A stretch of 64,000 nucleotides of DNA. Origin: Pseudomonadota bacterium. GTDB lineage: Bacteria > Pseudomonadota > Gammaproteobacteria > Burkholderiales > Rhodocyclaceae. The position numbers and the translations under genes were made by a program. The notes under the pieces were generated by a model. The model did not search any database, was not told where the DNA came from, and worked only from the letters and a program-made list of their open reading frames with translations. Positions 29,726 through 41,336 of this stretch are shown in pieces (the first letter of the stretch is position 1; each line of letters begins with the position of its first letter). The stretch is from contig JAKOZI010000076.1 in the NCBI GenBank assembly GCA_029780075.1, forward strand, positions 2,911 through 66,910, written 5' to 3'.

Positions 29726-30652
29726 ATGCGCATCGCCGTTGCCATCGATCGCGTCGAAAAGCGTTTCGGCTCCCTGCTGGCGCTGGCCGGCGTTTCCCTG
29801 CAGATTGCCGAGGGTGAGTTTTTCGGGCTGCTCGGCCCCAATGGCGCCGGCAAGACGACCTTGATCTCCTGTCTGGCCGGCCTCTCTCGCCCGAATGCCG
29901 GCAAGTTGACGATCATGGGGCACGATGTGCGCTCCGAGTACCGTGCCGCCCGTCGCCTGCTTGGGGTGGTACCGCAGGAGCTGGTTTTCGATCCGTTCTT
30001 TTCCGTGCGCGAGACGCTGCGCATCCAGTCCGGGTACTTCGGAATCCGCAACAACGACGACTGGATCGACGAGATTCTCGCCAACCTCGATTTGACCGCC
30101 AAAGCCAACGCCAACATGCGCAGTCTCTCCGGCGGCATGAAGCGACGCGTGCTGGTCGCCCAGGCACTGGTGCACAAACCACCGGTGATCGTCCTCGACG
30201 AGCCGACGGCCGGGGTCGACGTGGAGTTGCGGCAGGGCTTGTGGCAGTTCGTCCAGCGCCTCAATCGCGACGGACATACGGTGATCCTGACCACGCATTA
30301 CCTTGAGGAGGCGGAAGCCCTGTGCGGGCGCATCGCCATGCTCAAGCAAGGGCGGGTGGTGGCCCTGGATACGACCCGCAACCTGCTGGCTCGCTTCTCT
30401 GGCCAGACCTTGAGCCTGCGCCTGGCCGGTCTTGCACCACTTCCCCAGACGTTGCGCGCCAGCGCCACGGAAAGCGAAGGGACGTGGACCTTCCACCTCG
30501 GTGGTCTCGCCGAAATCGAACCGTTGCTGGCCACATTGCGCGAGGCCGGCTGCACGATCGACGATCTGCGTCTGACGCAGACCGACCTCGAAGACGTCTT
30601 CCTCGGTGTCATGCAAGGTGCCGGCAACCCAGGTGAAACGCCGCCACAATGA
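29726..30652 (+). CDS. ABC-2 type ATP-binding protein (YadG-like)
   Basis: 'GPNGAGKTT', 'LSGGMKRR', 'LDEPTAGVD', 'TTHYLEEAE'. Confidence 0.92.
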   Translation: MRIAVAIDRVEKRFGSLLALAGVSLQIAEGEFFGLLGPNGAGKTTLISCLAGLSRPNAGKLTIMGHDVRSEYRAARRLLGVVPQELVFDPFFSVRETLRIQSGYFGIRNNDDWIDEILANLDLTAKANANMRSLSGGMKRRVLVAQALVHKPPVIVLDEPTAGVDVELRQGLWQFVQRLNRDGHTVILTTHYLEEAEALCGRIAMLKQGRVVALDTTRNLLARFSGQTLSLRLAGLAPLPQTLRASATESEGTWTFHLGGLAEIEPLLATLREAGCTIDDLRLTQTDLEDVFLGVMQGAGNPGETPPQ

Positions 30653-31401
30653 CTGGCTTCCGAACCCTGCTCTACAAGGAAGTGCTGCGTTTCTGGAAGG
30701 TCAGCTTTCAGACCGTCGGAGCGCCGGTGCTGACGGCATTGCTCTACCTGATGATCTTCTCGCATGTGCTCGAAACGCACGTGCAGGTTCATGGCGTCCC
30801 CTACACCGCCTTCCTGATTCCCGGCCTGGTGATGATGTCGGCGCTGCAGAACGCCTTTGCCAACAGTTCGTCAAGCCTGATCCAGTCGAAAGTCACTGGC
30901 AGTGTGGTTTTTGTGCTGCTGCCACCGATTTCCTACATCGAGTTCTTCCTCGCCTACGTGGCGGCAGCGATTCTCCGGGGTCTGCTGGTCGGGACCGGCG
31001 TCCTGCTGCTGACGATGGTCTTCGCCGTGCCGGCGCTGGTGGCGCCAATGTGGGCGGTGGTATTCATCGTCCTGGGTGGGGCGATCATGGGTGCGCTGGG
31101 GATGGTCGCCGGCATCTGGGCCGACAAGTTCGACCAACTGGCGGGTTTTCAGAACTTCCTGATCATGCCGCTGACCATGCTTTCCGGCGTCTTTTACTCG
31201 ATTCATTCGTTGCCCGACTTCTGGCAGCAGGTGTCGCGTTTCAATCCCGTCTTCTATATGATCGACGGCTTTCGCTTCGGCTTTTTCGGCGTTTCCGATG
31301 TACCGCCGGAAGTCAGCCTGGCCGTCGTCGCCACGAGTTTCCTGCTGGTGTCGGCGGCGACGCTGGTACTGCTCAGGAGCGGTTACAAACTGAGGTCCTG
31401 A
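30649..31401 (+). CDS. ABC-2 type permease (YadH-like)
   Basis: 'KEVLRF', 'PGLVMM...NAFANSSSS', 'NPVFYMIDGFR'. Confidence 0.92.
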   Translation: MTGFRTLLYKEVLRFWKVSFQTVGAPVLTALLYLMIFSHVLETHVQVHGVPYTAFLIPGLVMMSALQNAFANSSSSLIQSKVTGSVVFVLLPPISYIEFFLAYVAAAILRGLLVGTGVLLLTMVFAVPALVAPMWAVVFIVLGGAIMGALGMVAGIWADKFDQLAGFQNFLIMPLTMLSGVFYSIHSLPDFWQQVSRFNPVFYMIDGFRFGFFGVSDVPPEVSLAVVATSFLLVSAATLVLLRSGYKLRS

Positions 31402-31404
31402 ATC

Positions 31405-32902
<1,498 letters not shown>

Positions 32903-33151
32903 TACGTCCAACGGCGCGGCTCGCCCGTGCTGTCCGCTTCACGCGGGCCACTTTGATGCGCCGGCAGCGTTTCCTCCCGGCAGTTCTCGTCGACGAAGAG
33001 GTCCACCGAGTCCCCACAGATGCCGTTCGACAGGAGGTGGACGCGCCAGATATACTGTCAGCCGAGCGCCCTGCCTGTTTGTCGGCGCGTGCCGGCCGGT
33101 GTCGAGCGAGCCGCCGCGGCGAAGGCCCGTTTCACCCGCATGGAGCGAAAT

Positions 33152-34879
33152 ATGGTCAAAATTTCCAGCAAATTGCGGATTGGCGAACGGCTCGGCCTCG
33201 GCTTCGGACTGGTCGGGTTGCTCTTTGTCGGCGTCGTCTGGCACTACCATCAGACGCTGCGCTCGGTACTCGACAACTACCAGCAACTCCATGCCGTCTT
33301 CGAAGTGCGCAAGTCGCTGGCGCTCGAAATCGAGATCGAGATGGCCGCAGCGCGAGAAGCGGAAAAGAACTTCCTGATCGAGCACCAGGAGCGCTTTGTC
33401 GGGAAAGTCGAACAACATCTGCAGACCTTGCGCGCAAAGGTCGCGGCACTGGCGACGGTTGATCAGCCGTCGCGGCAGACCGCCGAAGAAATCCAGGCGC
33501 TGATAACGACCTACCAGGCGAGTTTTCATGCCGTCGTCGAGGCCTGGCGGAGCATGGGCCTGGACCAGGACTCCGGGATCCAGGGTTCCTTCCGCAACCG
33601 CATCCATCGTCTTCACGAACTGTCGGCCAACTACAACGTCGACCGTCTTTACACCAGCCTGCTGCAGATTCGCCGCAACGAGAAAGACTTCGCCTTGCGA
33701 AAGGATCCGAGGTACCGCGAGCGCGTCCGCCAGTTGATCACCGAGTTCCGCCTACTGGTCGAGACTTCCGATCTGCAGCAGGCGGTGAAGCAGAAATTAC
33801 TCGCCGAACTGGCGGTTTACGCGAGAACCTTCGCGGAATATTCCGACAGTGCACTCAAGGCCGGTGTCGTCGACGGTGGCAAGGGGCCTTTCCGCGATGC
33901 AGCGCAGCGCATGGAAGCGATTCTCGATGCCTATCAGGTCCCCAACCTCGAGACCAGCATCCTCAAACTCCGGCGGCGGGAAAAGGACTTCCTGCTGCGC
34001 GGAGATGAGTCCTACCCACAGATGGTCGTTGACCTCGCCAGGAGTATTCGCGCCCAGATTGCCGCGTCTATGATCGCCCCGGCGGACAAGGAACTCCTCA
34101 ACGGCCTGCTACGCGATTATCAGCGCAGTTTTCTGGTGCTGGTATCACGGCGCGCGATCATCGTCGAACGGACCAGAGAGATGGATGCGGCCGCCAACGA
34201 CGTCGTCCCGCTGATCCAGCAAAACGTCGATCAAGCGAATCAGATGATGGCCACTCGTACCGGCGAAATCACCGCATCGTCACAGGCCGGTGTGCGGCTG
34301 AGCCTCATCGTGATGGCCTGCGCGATCGCCCTGGCCATCCTCTTCGCGGTACTGATCACCGCACGCATTGTTCGTCCTGTTCGGCAAATGGCCGGGCTGC
34401 TCGACGACCTGGCCTACGGCACCCCGACCGGGCGCGTGCCGACGGTGCCTGGCGGACGCGACGAGATCAACGCCATGGGCGAGTCGCTGAATGCGCTGAT
34501 CGATCACCGGGCAAACTTCCTGGGGTGGTGGAAGGCGTCGATGGGCGAAGTAATGGCCCTGCGCGACCTGGACAGCGCGCGTACGGAAGCGGCGCGCGAC
34601 GAAGCAAGCCGGGACCTGCATGCGGCCGAGATCGCCAAGGTACAGCAACTCAACGCCATCCGTGGGCGTCTGCTGCAACATTCGCAACGGATTGTCGAGG
34701 TCTCGCGACGCGCTCTCGCCGGCTCCGGCAGGCTCAGCGCCGAGGACGCAAAAATCATCGAACACTCGACCCAGGCCATGGCGATGCTGTTCGAAGCGCT
34801 GGCGATGGAACAGGCGCCCGTGGCGGAAAGCGACGGCGCCACCCCGGAAGCAGCCGCGCAGAAGGCTTTCGCCGTCTGA
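33152..34879 (+). CDS. Chemoreceptor-like TM protein: repeated helical-bundle sensor, HAMP, no recognisable output domain
   Basis: 'LRIGERLGLGF'+TM1; three 'RRxEKDF'-type repeats; TM2; HAMP 'RIVRPVRQM...GRDEINAMGESLN'; ~125-aa helical tail. Confidence 0.75.
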   Translation: MVKISSKLRIGERLGLGFGLVGLLFVGVVWHYHQTLRSVLDNYQQLHAVFEVRKSLALEIEIEMAAAREAEKNFLIEHQERFVGKVEQHLQTLRAKVAALATVDQPSRQTAEEIQALITTYQASFHAVVEAWRSMGLDQDSGIQGSFRNRIHRLHELSANYNVDRLYTSLLQIRRNEKDFALRKDPRYRERVRQLITEFRLLVETSDLQQAVKQKLLAELAVYARTFAEYSDSALKAGVVDGGKGPFRDAAQRMEAILDAYQVPNLETSILKLRRREKDFLLRGDESYPQMVVDLARSIRAQIAASMIAPADKELLNGLLRDYQRSFLVLVSRRAIIVERTREMDAAANDVVPLIQQNVDQANQMMATRTGEITASSQAGVRLSLIVMACAIALAILFAVLITARIVRPVRQMAGLLDDLAYGTPTGRVPTVPGGRDEINAMGESLNALIDHRANFLGWWKASMGEVMALRDLDSARTEAARDEASRDLHAAEIAKVQQLNAIRGRLLQHSQRIVEVSRRALAGSGRLSAEDAKIIEHSTQAMAMLFEALAMEQAPVAESDGATPEAAAQKAFAV

Positions 34880-35003
34880 CAAGCTGCTGTCTCCCGCTCT
34901 GAACCGCCTGCGCGAGTACGCGCGTGCGGCGAAATGTCACATTCCACAATGCAGCCACACTCCCTAGAATGCCGCAAGTCAAAAAACATGCGGAGGGTTG
35001 GGG

Positions 35004-37370
35004 ATGCAATTTGCCAAGAAACCGATCACGCTGGCCGTCGCCGCCGCGCTGGGCTGGCCGGGCCTGTGGCATGCGGCCGCAGCGGAGGAGGCGGTGAGCG
35101 CGCCGGTGATGGGCGAAGTCGTCGTCAAGGCGACGCGCATCGAAGACAGGGAGCCTTTTGGCGCCAGCCGTATCGATGCGGCAAGCATCGCCCCCTACCG
35201 GGCGGCCAGCAGCGACTCGGCCCGCCTGCTCGATCGCCTGCCGGGAATAAGCCTCTATGGCGCTGGCGGAGTATCCAGCCTGCCGGCAATTCACGGCCTG
35301 GCCGACGATCGTATCCGGATCAAGGTCGATGGCATGGACCTGATCGCCTCCTGCCCCAACCACATGAACCCGCCGCTGTCCTACCTCGATCCGACCAATG
35401 TGGGCTCACTCCAGGTCTATGCCGGGATCACACCGGTCAGCGTCGGTGGCGACAGCATTGCCGGCACGATCATCGCCGAGACGCCGGCGCCGGTGTTCGC
35501 AGCGCCGGGCCAGAAGGTTCTGACTACCGGCCAGATCGGCGGATTCTACCGCAGCAACGGCAACGCCTGGGGCGCCAACATGGCGGCTACTGCCGCCACC
35601 GAAAACATCAGCCTGACCTATACCGGTTCGAGCGCCCGGGCCGACAATTACAAGGCCGGCGGCAACTTCAAGACGACCACGGCCACCGGCCGCATCGGGC
35701 ACACGCTGCCGCTCGACGAAGTCGGCTCGACGGCCTACGAGAGCCTGAACCAGATGCTGAGCTTCGCACTGAAAGGCGGCAACCATCTCGTCGAGGCCAA
35801 GTTCGGATTCCAGCACATCCCCGAACAGCTTTATCCGAACCAGCGCATGGACATGCTCGACAACGAGCAGAAGACATTCAACCTGCGCTATCTCGGTCAA
35901 TACGACTGGGGGCTGTTCGAAGCGCGGGCCTATTACGAGAAAGTCGACCTGCATTTCATGGACTTCGGCCCCGACAAGCGGTACTGGTACGGCCCTGGAG
36001 CGCCACCGGCAGGTTCCGGAGGTGACAACGCGGTCAACGGTTCGCCATGTTCCCCGAGTTCCGGAACCCGCATGGTGAACGGCGCGATGGCCGGATGCGC
36101 GGCCGGCATGCCGATGTATACCAGGAGCAGCAACACCGGGGTGAACGTCAAGGCGGAGATGAATGTCGATACGCGGAACCTGCTCCGCATCGGTGGCCTC
36201 TATCAGCACTACACCCTCAACGACTGGTGGCCACCATCCGGCGCGATGATGTGGCCCGGCACCTTCGAAAACATCAACGACGGCTTGCGCGACCGGGCAG
36301 GCTTGTTCGGCGAGTGGGAGTCGCACCTCGACAGGCAATGGCTGACCCTGCTCGGTGTGCGTTACGAACGGGTCACGACGAATGCCGGCAATGTTCGGGG
36401 CTATGACCCGACCACCAACGGCCTGGGCATGATGGTGAACGATCAGAAGAAGGACGCCGCCGCGTTCAATTCGCAAAATCACGAGCGTGCCGACAACAAC
36501 TGGGACCTGACAGCGCTGGCCCGCTATACGCCGGATGCCAACAGCGACATCGAATTCGGCGTCGCGCGCAAGGTGCGTTCGCCCAACCTGTATGAGCGCT
36601 ACACCTGGTCGACCTGGTCGATGGCTGCCGTGATGAACAACTTCGTCGGCGACGGTAACGGCTACTTCGGCAATATCAATCTCAAGCCGGAGCAGGCGCA
36701 CACCGTTTCCGCCTCCTTCGACCTGCATGCGGCGGACCGTCGCTGGGAATTTCGCGCTACGCCCTACTACACACGGGTCACCGACTACATCGATGCCATT
36801 CGCTGCCTGGCAGGCGCATCCTGCACGCCAGCCAACCGCACGACGACCAATCAGTTCGTCGTGCTCCAGTACGCCAACCAGTCGGCCGAGCTTTACGGCC
36901 TCGATGTTTCCGGGCACATGCCGCTCGCCTCGACCGGGATGGGTGATTTTGGCCTCACCGGCTCGCTCACCTACACCCACGGCAAGAATCTTGACACCGG
37001 CGACGGCCTCTACAACATCATGCCGCTCAACGGCAAGCTGGCGCTGACGCACGCGCTGGGTGGCTGGAAAGGTGCGGTCGAGCTTGTCGCGGTGGCGGCG
37101 AAAGACGACGTCTCCGAAGTGCGCAACGAAACCAAGACAGTGGGCTACGGGCTGACCAACCTGCGCGGCAGCTACACCTGGAAGCAGGTACGCCTCGACT
37201 TGGGCGTCGACAACCTGTTCAACAAATTTTATTCGCTGCCGCTCGGCGGCGCCTACGTCGGTCAAGGAACCACCATGGCGCTTAACCCTGGGAGCGGCAA
37301 CCCCGCATGGGGAACAGCGGTTCCCGGTATGGGACGCTCGATCTATGCCGGCATGAACCTGCGATTCTAG
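35004..37370 (+). CDS. TonB-dependent receptor, OprC/NosA-like putative copper receptor
   Basis: Signal peptide, TonB-box-like 'EVVVKA', plug 'CPNHM' (CxxxM), barrel 'HFM' (HxM), terminal Phe. Confidence 0.85.
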   Translation: MQFAKKPITLAVAAALGWPGLWHAAAAEEAVSAPVMGEVVVKATRIEDREPFGASRIDAASIAPYRAASSDSARLLDRLPGISLYGAGGVSSLPAIHGLADDRIRIKVDGMDLIASCPNHMNPPLSYLDPTNVGSLQVYAGITPVSVGGDSIAGTIIAETPAPVFAAPGQKVLTTGQIGGFYRSNGNAWGANMAATAATENISLTYTGSSARADNYKAGGNFKTTTATGRIGHTLPLDEVGSTAYESLNQMLSFALKGGNHLVEAKFGFQHIPEQLYPNQRMDMLDNEQKTFNLRYLGQYDWGLFEARAYYEKVDLHFMDFGPDKRYWYGPGAPPAGSGGDNAVNGSPCSPSSGTRMVNGAMAGCAAGMPMYTRSSNTGVNVKAEMNVDTRNLLRIGGLYQHYTLNDWWPPSGAMMWPGTFENINDGLRDRAGLFGEWESHLDRQWLTLLGVRYERVTTNAGNVRGYDPTTNGLGMMVNDQKKDAAAFNSQNHERADNNWDLTALARYTPDANSDIEFGVARKVRSPNLYERYTWSTWSMAAVMNNFVGDGNGYFGNINLKPEQAHTVSASFDLHAADRRWEFRATPYYTRVTDYIDAIRCLAGASCTPANRTTTNQFVVLQYANQSAELYGLDVSGHMPLASTGMGDFGLTGSLTYTHGKNLDTGDGLYNIMPLNGKLALTHALGGWKGAVELVAVAAKDDVSEVRNETKTVGYGLTNLRGSYTWKQVRLDLGVDNLFNKFYSLPLGGAYVGQGTTMALNPGSGNPAWGTAVPGMGRSIYAGMNLRF

Positions 37371-37388
37371 GAGCGCGAGAAAGCAGCA

Positions 37389-38039
37389 ATGTTGAAGGCC
37401 GAAAAGATTTCATGCAGCGCCGGCCCGCAGGCGCTGCGTGCGAAGCAGTGGCGACCCCACTTCAACCGCGGGCAGCGCATCTACGCCGGCGAAGACCACG
37501 GCGGTGCCTGGCGTGTGCTGAGCGGCTCGGTCCGCCTCGACCGCGAGGAACCCAACGGCGAACAAAGCTTTGCCACTCTGGCTGTGCAGAATGACATCAT
37601 CGGTGCCGAGACGCTGCTGTTCGGGAAGTACACTTTTACCGCGACGGCCCTCTCCACCTGCGTTCTCGAACCCTGGCCGGAAGGGCATACCGTTCCCGCC
37701 GGCGACTCGCTGCTGCATACGCTGGCCAAGGCCCAGCGCCGCGCCGCCGAGGTCATCGGCTTGCGCTGTGGGCAGGCCGCCGACCGTGTCCACCGCCTGG
37801 TGATGATGCTGGCGCATCCCGGCGAAGAAAGCCCGGCGCGGCAGGTCACTGGCGAACTGCTGGTGGTCCTGCCGTCACGGCAGGATATGGCCGACATCAC
37901 GGCGCTGACCCTGGAGACGGTATCGCGCATGGTCAGCCAGTTGCGGCATGCCGGGATTCTTGCACCGCAGAGCAACGCGGGCCACCCTTCGCAGCGCAGC
38001 TTTGCGGTGTTGCGGGATGTCGCCGACGCTCCCCAGTAG
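37389..38039 (+). CDS. Crp/Fnr family transcription regulator
   Basis: cNMP-like barrel and HTH 'SRQDMADITALTLETVSR'. Confidence 0.88.
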   Translation: MLKAEKISCSAGPQALRAKQWRPHFNRGQRIYAGEDHGGAWRVLSGSVRLDREEPNGEQSFATLAVQNDIIGAETLLFGKYTFTATALSTCVLEPWPEGHTVPAGDSLLHTLAKAQRRAAEVIGLRCGQAADRVHRLVMMLAHPGEESPARQVTGELLVVLPSRQDMADITALTLETVSRMVSQLRHAGILAPQSNAGHPSQRSFAVLRDVADAPQ

Positions 38040-38168
38040 CCGAGGTCGGTGGTGCATCGCTTGACCCCTGCAATGGGCCCTGATACAGCGAGCACGCCCT
38101 TCGTAAGGACAGCCTGCACCAGTGGTACGGGCATGTTGGCTAGTCGGCCGTACTGAGCACCGCCCCCC

Positions 38169-39425
38169 CTACAGACGTTCGACGCGCACCCTGGTCACGG
38201 TGCGCGCATCCGCTTCGATCACGGTGTAACGATAACCCTGCTCCACCACCGTATCACCGACCTGCGGGATATGCCGCAGGCGGTTGATCAGGAAACCGGC
38301 GACAGTATGCGCTTCGCCAACCGGCAGGTTGAGCTTCAACGAGTCATTCAGTTCGGAAATCGGCGCGCGTCCGCTGACCACATGGGTATCATCACCCGCG
38401 GACTCAATGGTCACCCGACGAGTCTTGATGGTGTCGAAATCGTAACCCGAGTCCACCGCGCCGACGACCTCCTCGAAAATGTCCTCCATGGTGAGGATCC
38501 CGATCGCCGAACCAAACTCGTCGACGACGATGGCCATGTGATCGGTGCGCGCGCGCAGCAGCGGCAGCACCTGATCGAGGCTCTGCTTCGGCGTCAGATA
38601 AAGAGCGGGTTTGACGAACTCTTCCACCGGACGCTGCTCGATATCCGGCAGCAACAGATCCCAGGTGCTCAAGGTCATCACCCCGGTGACATTGGTGATG
38701 TTGCCGCGAAACACCGGCAGCCGATTGAATCCGGACGCCCAGACGCGGCGCACGGCTTCGCCCATCTCGCGCGCCTCGTTGAAGCCGATGACCTCGGCCA
38801 GTGGGGTCATCACCTCCCCGACCGTGGTGTCGGCAAAACGGAAGATGCGACGAATGCGCTGCTTGCTGGTAGCGGCGCTGTCCGAGGCCGTTTCTGAGAG
38901 GTCGATCAGGACGCGCAACTCGTCCTTGGTGATGAATCCGCTCTGCCCCGAGGTGGCGCCGCCGAAAAGACGCGCGGCTACGCGGGCGATCCGGCTGAAG
39001 ACGAAGATCACCGGGTAAAACACGTAGGAGAAAAAGCGCAGCGGATAGATGATCCGGGGGGCGATCCAGTCAGCCTTCTGCTGAAAGATGCTCTTCGGCA
39101 CGATCTCGCCGAAGATCAGCAGGAAGGGCGTGAAGATCAGCACCGAAAACAGATCGCCGCTGTCGCCGAAAAGGTGCACGAAGATCAGCGTACCCATGGT
39201 GGTGATCGTCACCGTGGCGATGTTGGTGCCGACCAGTGTCGTTCCGAGCATCACGTCAGGAGTGCGAAACAGGTTCAGCACCAGCTTGGCGCCGGGGTCA
39301 CCGAGCCGCGCCTGATGGCGCAGGTAGATCTTGTCGGAGTTGACCATCGCCAACTCGGAGCCCGAGAAAAAACCTTTGAGCACCAGAAAGACCAGGATGA
39401 CCAGAAATTGCAGAACCAGCTCCAT
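38169..39425 (-). CDS. CNNM/CorB (DUF21-CBS-CorC) transporter, subtype II
   Basis: 'FFSGSE', 'VGTN', 'FGEIVPKS', CBS pair 'VVDEFG..GILTMED', CorC domain. Confidence 0.92.
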   Translation of the reverse strand: MELVLQFLVILVFLVLKGFFSGSELAMVNSDKIYLRHQARLGDPGAKLVLNLFRTPDVMLGTTLVGTNIATVTITTMGTLIFVHLFGDSGDLFSVLIFTPFLLIFGEIVPKSIFQQKADWIAPRIIYPLRFFSYVFYPVIFVFSRIARVAARLFGGATSGQSGFITKDELRVLIDLSETASDSAATSKQRIRRIFRFADTTVGEVMTPLAEVIGFNEAREMGEAVRRVWASGFNRLPVFRGNITNVTGVMTLSTWDLLLPDIEQRPVEEFVKPALYLTPKQSLDQVLPLLRARTDHMAIVVDEFGSAIGILTMEDIFEEVVGAVDSGYDFDTIKTRRVTIESAGDDTHVVSGRAPISELNDSLKLNLPVGEAHTVAGFLINRLRHIPQVGDTVVEQGYRYTVIEADARTVTRVRVERL

Positions 39426-39440
39426 TGCATTTCTCCCTTT

Positions 39441-40979
39441 CTAGTCCGCCGTACCGGCGGTCCTGCTTGCCGGTGTCCTTTGCTCGGCCGCCGCATTCGT
39501 CAGGGGTTCGGGTTCAGAATCCGGCGGTTCATTCAGCAGATCGTTGTCGTACTCGCCGACGACTTCCTGCCCCTGGTCTACCGGCTGGCTCTCCGGCACG
39601 CCGCCCGGCATGGGTTCAGCAACGCTTTCCATCTCCAGCGGCTCGTCCGGAGTGTCTTCAGGCTCATCGGGGGTAGCGCCGCGCGAGATGCGGACCCGGG
39701 TGATGCGCATGCCACTCACTTCCTTGACGGTGATCTCGTAGTCGGCATAGAACACCTTCTCGCCGACACGCGGCAGGCGCCCGAAAAGCACCAGCGTCAC
39801 TCCACCGATGGTGTTCATCAGCGGGTCGTCGATATCGAAATTGGTGAGGGTGCGAACGTCGGCCAGGCGCATGTAGCCGGGAACGGTAAAGCTGTCGTTG
39901 TCTTCCTGCTGAAAGAATTCCTGGCCGCGCATCTTCCCCGAGATCTCGCCGAAGATGAAGCTCAGCACATCCTTGATGGTGACGATGCCCAGCACCTCGC
40001 CATACTCGCCGATGACCACGGCGGCGCGGGTGTCGAAGCGCTGGAAGTACTCCAGCATCTCATCGACCTTCTTGGTCGGCGGCACGAAGTGCGCCGGTTT
40101 CAGGATGTCGCGCAGTTCGGTCGCCGCCAGGCCGCCGTCACTGCGCACACGCCGCAGCAGATCCTCGGCATGCAGGAAGCCGATGACGTTGTCCCAGTGC
40201 CCGCGATACACCGGGACGCGCGGGTGGCGATAACTGCGAAAGCGCTCGATGAGTTCGGCGACCGGCAGGTCGCCATCGAGGAAGCGGATACGGGGGCCGG
40301 GGGTCATGATCCGTGCCACGTCGGTCTCCGCCGCTTCGAGCACCTTGTCGATGAGCACCCGTTCCGACGCCTGGATGACCCCGGTTTCCTCGCTGTCGGC
40401 CATCAGCGTACGCAGCTCGTCGGCCTTCAGGATGTTCTCGCGACCGACGTGCTCGCCGACGACCAGTGTCGTGACCCGGTCGGCAACCATGCGCACGACG
40501 TTGCGCAACGGGGTGACGATGAAGATCCACTTGGGCAGGAAGCGCGCCGATAGCAGCGTGGCGAACTTGACCGGAAAGTTGACGGCTATGGTCTTCGGCG
40601 TCACCTCGCCAAACAGCAGCAACAACGGGACCATCACCACCACGTTGATCCAGCCGGCGTCTTCCTCGCCAAAGGCGCGCACCAGGATCATCGTCATGTT
40701 CGCCGCCGCCGCGATATTGACCAGCTCGTTGCCGCACAGCAGCGAGACGATCAGGCGTCGCGGCTCGTCGAGCATGGCGTGAATGTTCTCGGATTGAGGA
40801 TTGCGCGAATTACGCAGTTTCTGCAGGTCGATGCGGCTCAGTGAAAAGAGCGCGGTTTCGGAGCCGGAAAAAAAAGCCGACATGCTGAACAGGCCGCACT
40901 GAATCAACACGCGCACCAGCAGTTCCCAGTCGATCGACGACAGCGCGATGAAGTCGCCAGCCCCCCTTGCCCATTCCAT
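39441..40979 (-). CDS. CNNM/CorB transporter, subtype I, with acidic tail
   Basis: 'FFSGSETALFSL', 'GNELVN', 'FGEVTPKT', CBS pair, CorC domain; start at ATG 40979 uncertain. Confidence 0.9.
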   Translation of the reverse strand: MEWARGAGDFIALSSIDWELLVRVLIQCGLFSMSAFFSGSETALFSLSRIDLQKLRNSRNPQSENIHAMLDEPRRLIVSLLCGNELVNIAAAANMTMILVRAFGEEDAGWINVVVMVPLLLLFGEVTPKTIAVNFPVKFATLLSARFLPKWIFIVTPLRNVVRMVADRVTTLVVGEHVGRENILKADELRTLMADSEETGVIQASERVLIDKVLEAAETDVARIMTPGPRIRFLDGDLPVAELIERFRSYRHPRVPVYRGHWDNVIGFLHAEDLLRRVRSDGGLAATELRDILKPAHFVPPTKKVDEMLEYFQRFDTRAAVVIGEYGEVLGIVTIKDVLSFIFGEISGKMRGQEFFQQEDNDSFTVPGYMRLADVRTLTNFDIDDPLMNTIGGVTLVLFGRLPRVGEKVFYADYEITVKEVSGMRITRVRISRGATPDEPEDTPDEPLEMESVAEPMPGGVPESQPVDQGQEVVGEYDNDLLNEPPDSEPEPLTNAAAEQRTPASRTAGTAD

Positions 40980-41336
40980 GAAATGCCCCCGCCCCAGCAG
41001 ATATTCACCGGCAAGAATGCCGTGCCGCACACCGCGAAGCGCTGCGCCAGAACCTGCTTGCGCCTCAGCCCACAGCCAGGACGGCCCGCCGCCCAACGCG
41101 CAAGGATAAGCGTTATGTTGCGCAGTAACAAGCATAAACCGGCTTCGTCTCCGGACTTGCCAAGACCCGCAATCCTGCGCCGAGAGTTCGCCTGCCGGCA
41201 TGCCGAGACCGCAGTCGCCGAGAACACGCGTGCCACCTCGCTGATACCGACCAGCCTGTCGCGACAGACAAATGGATGTATGCAGTCAGAATTTATTGTA
41301 TCTTTGACCGGGTTGTAACCATCGGAGGTGTGATCC

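Noticed and set aside
34925-34960. Zur/Fur/FNR box before the TonB receptor (GAAATGTCACATTCCACAAT)
   Set aside because: Only a half-match with wrong spacing; no TTGAT-N4-ATCAA.
40980-41336. Pho box upstream of the Na/Pi cotransporter
   Set aside because: No 11-bp-spaced CTGTCAT-like direct repeat could be read.
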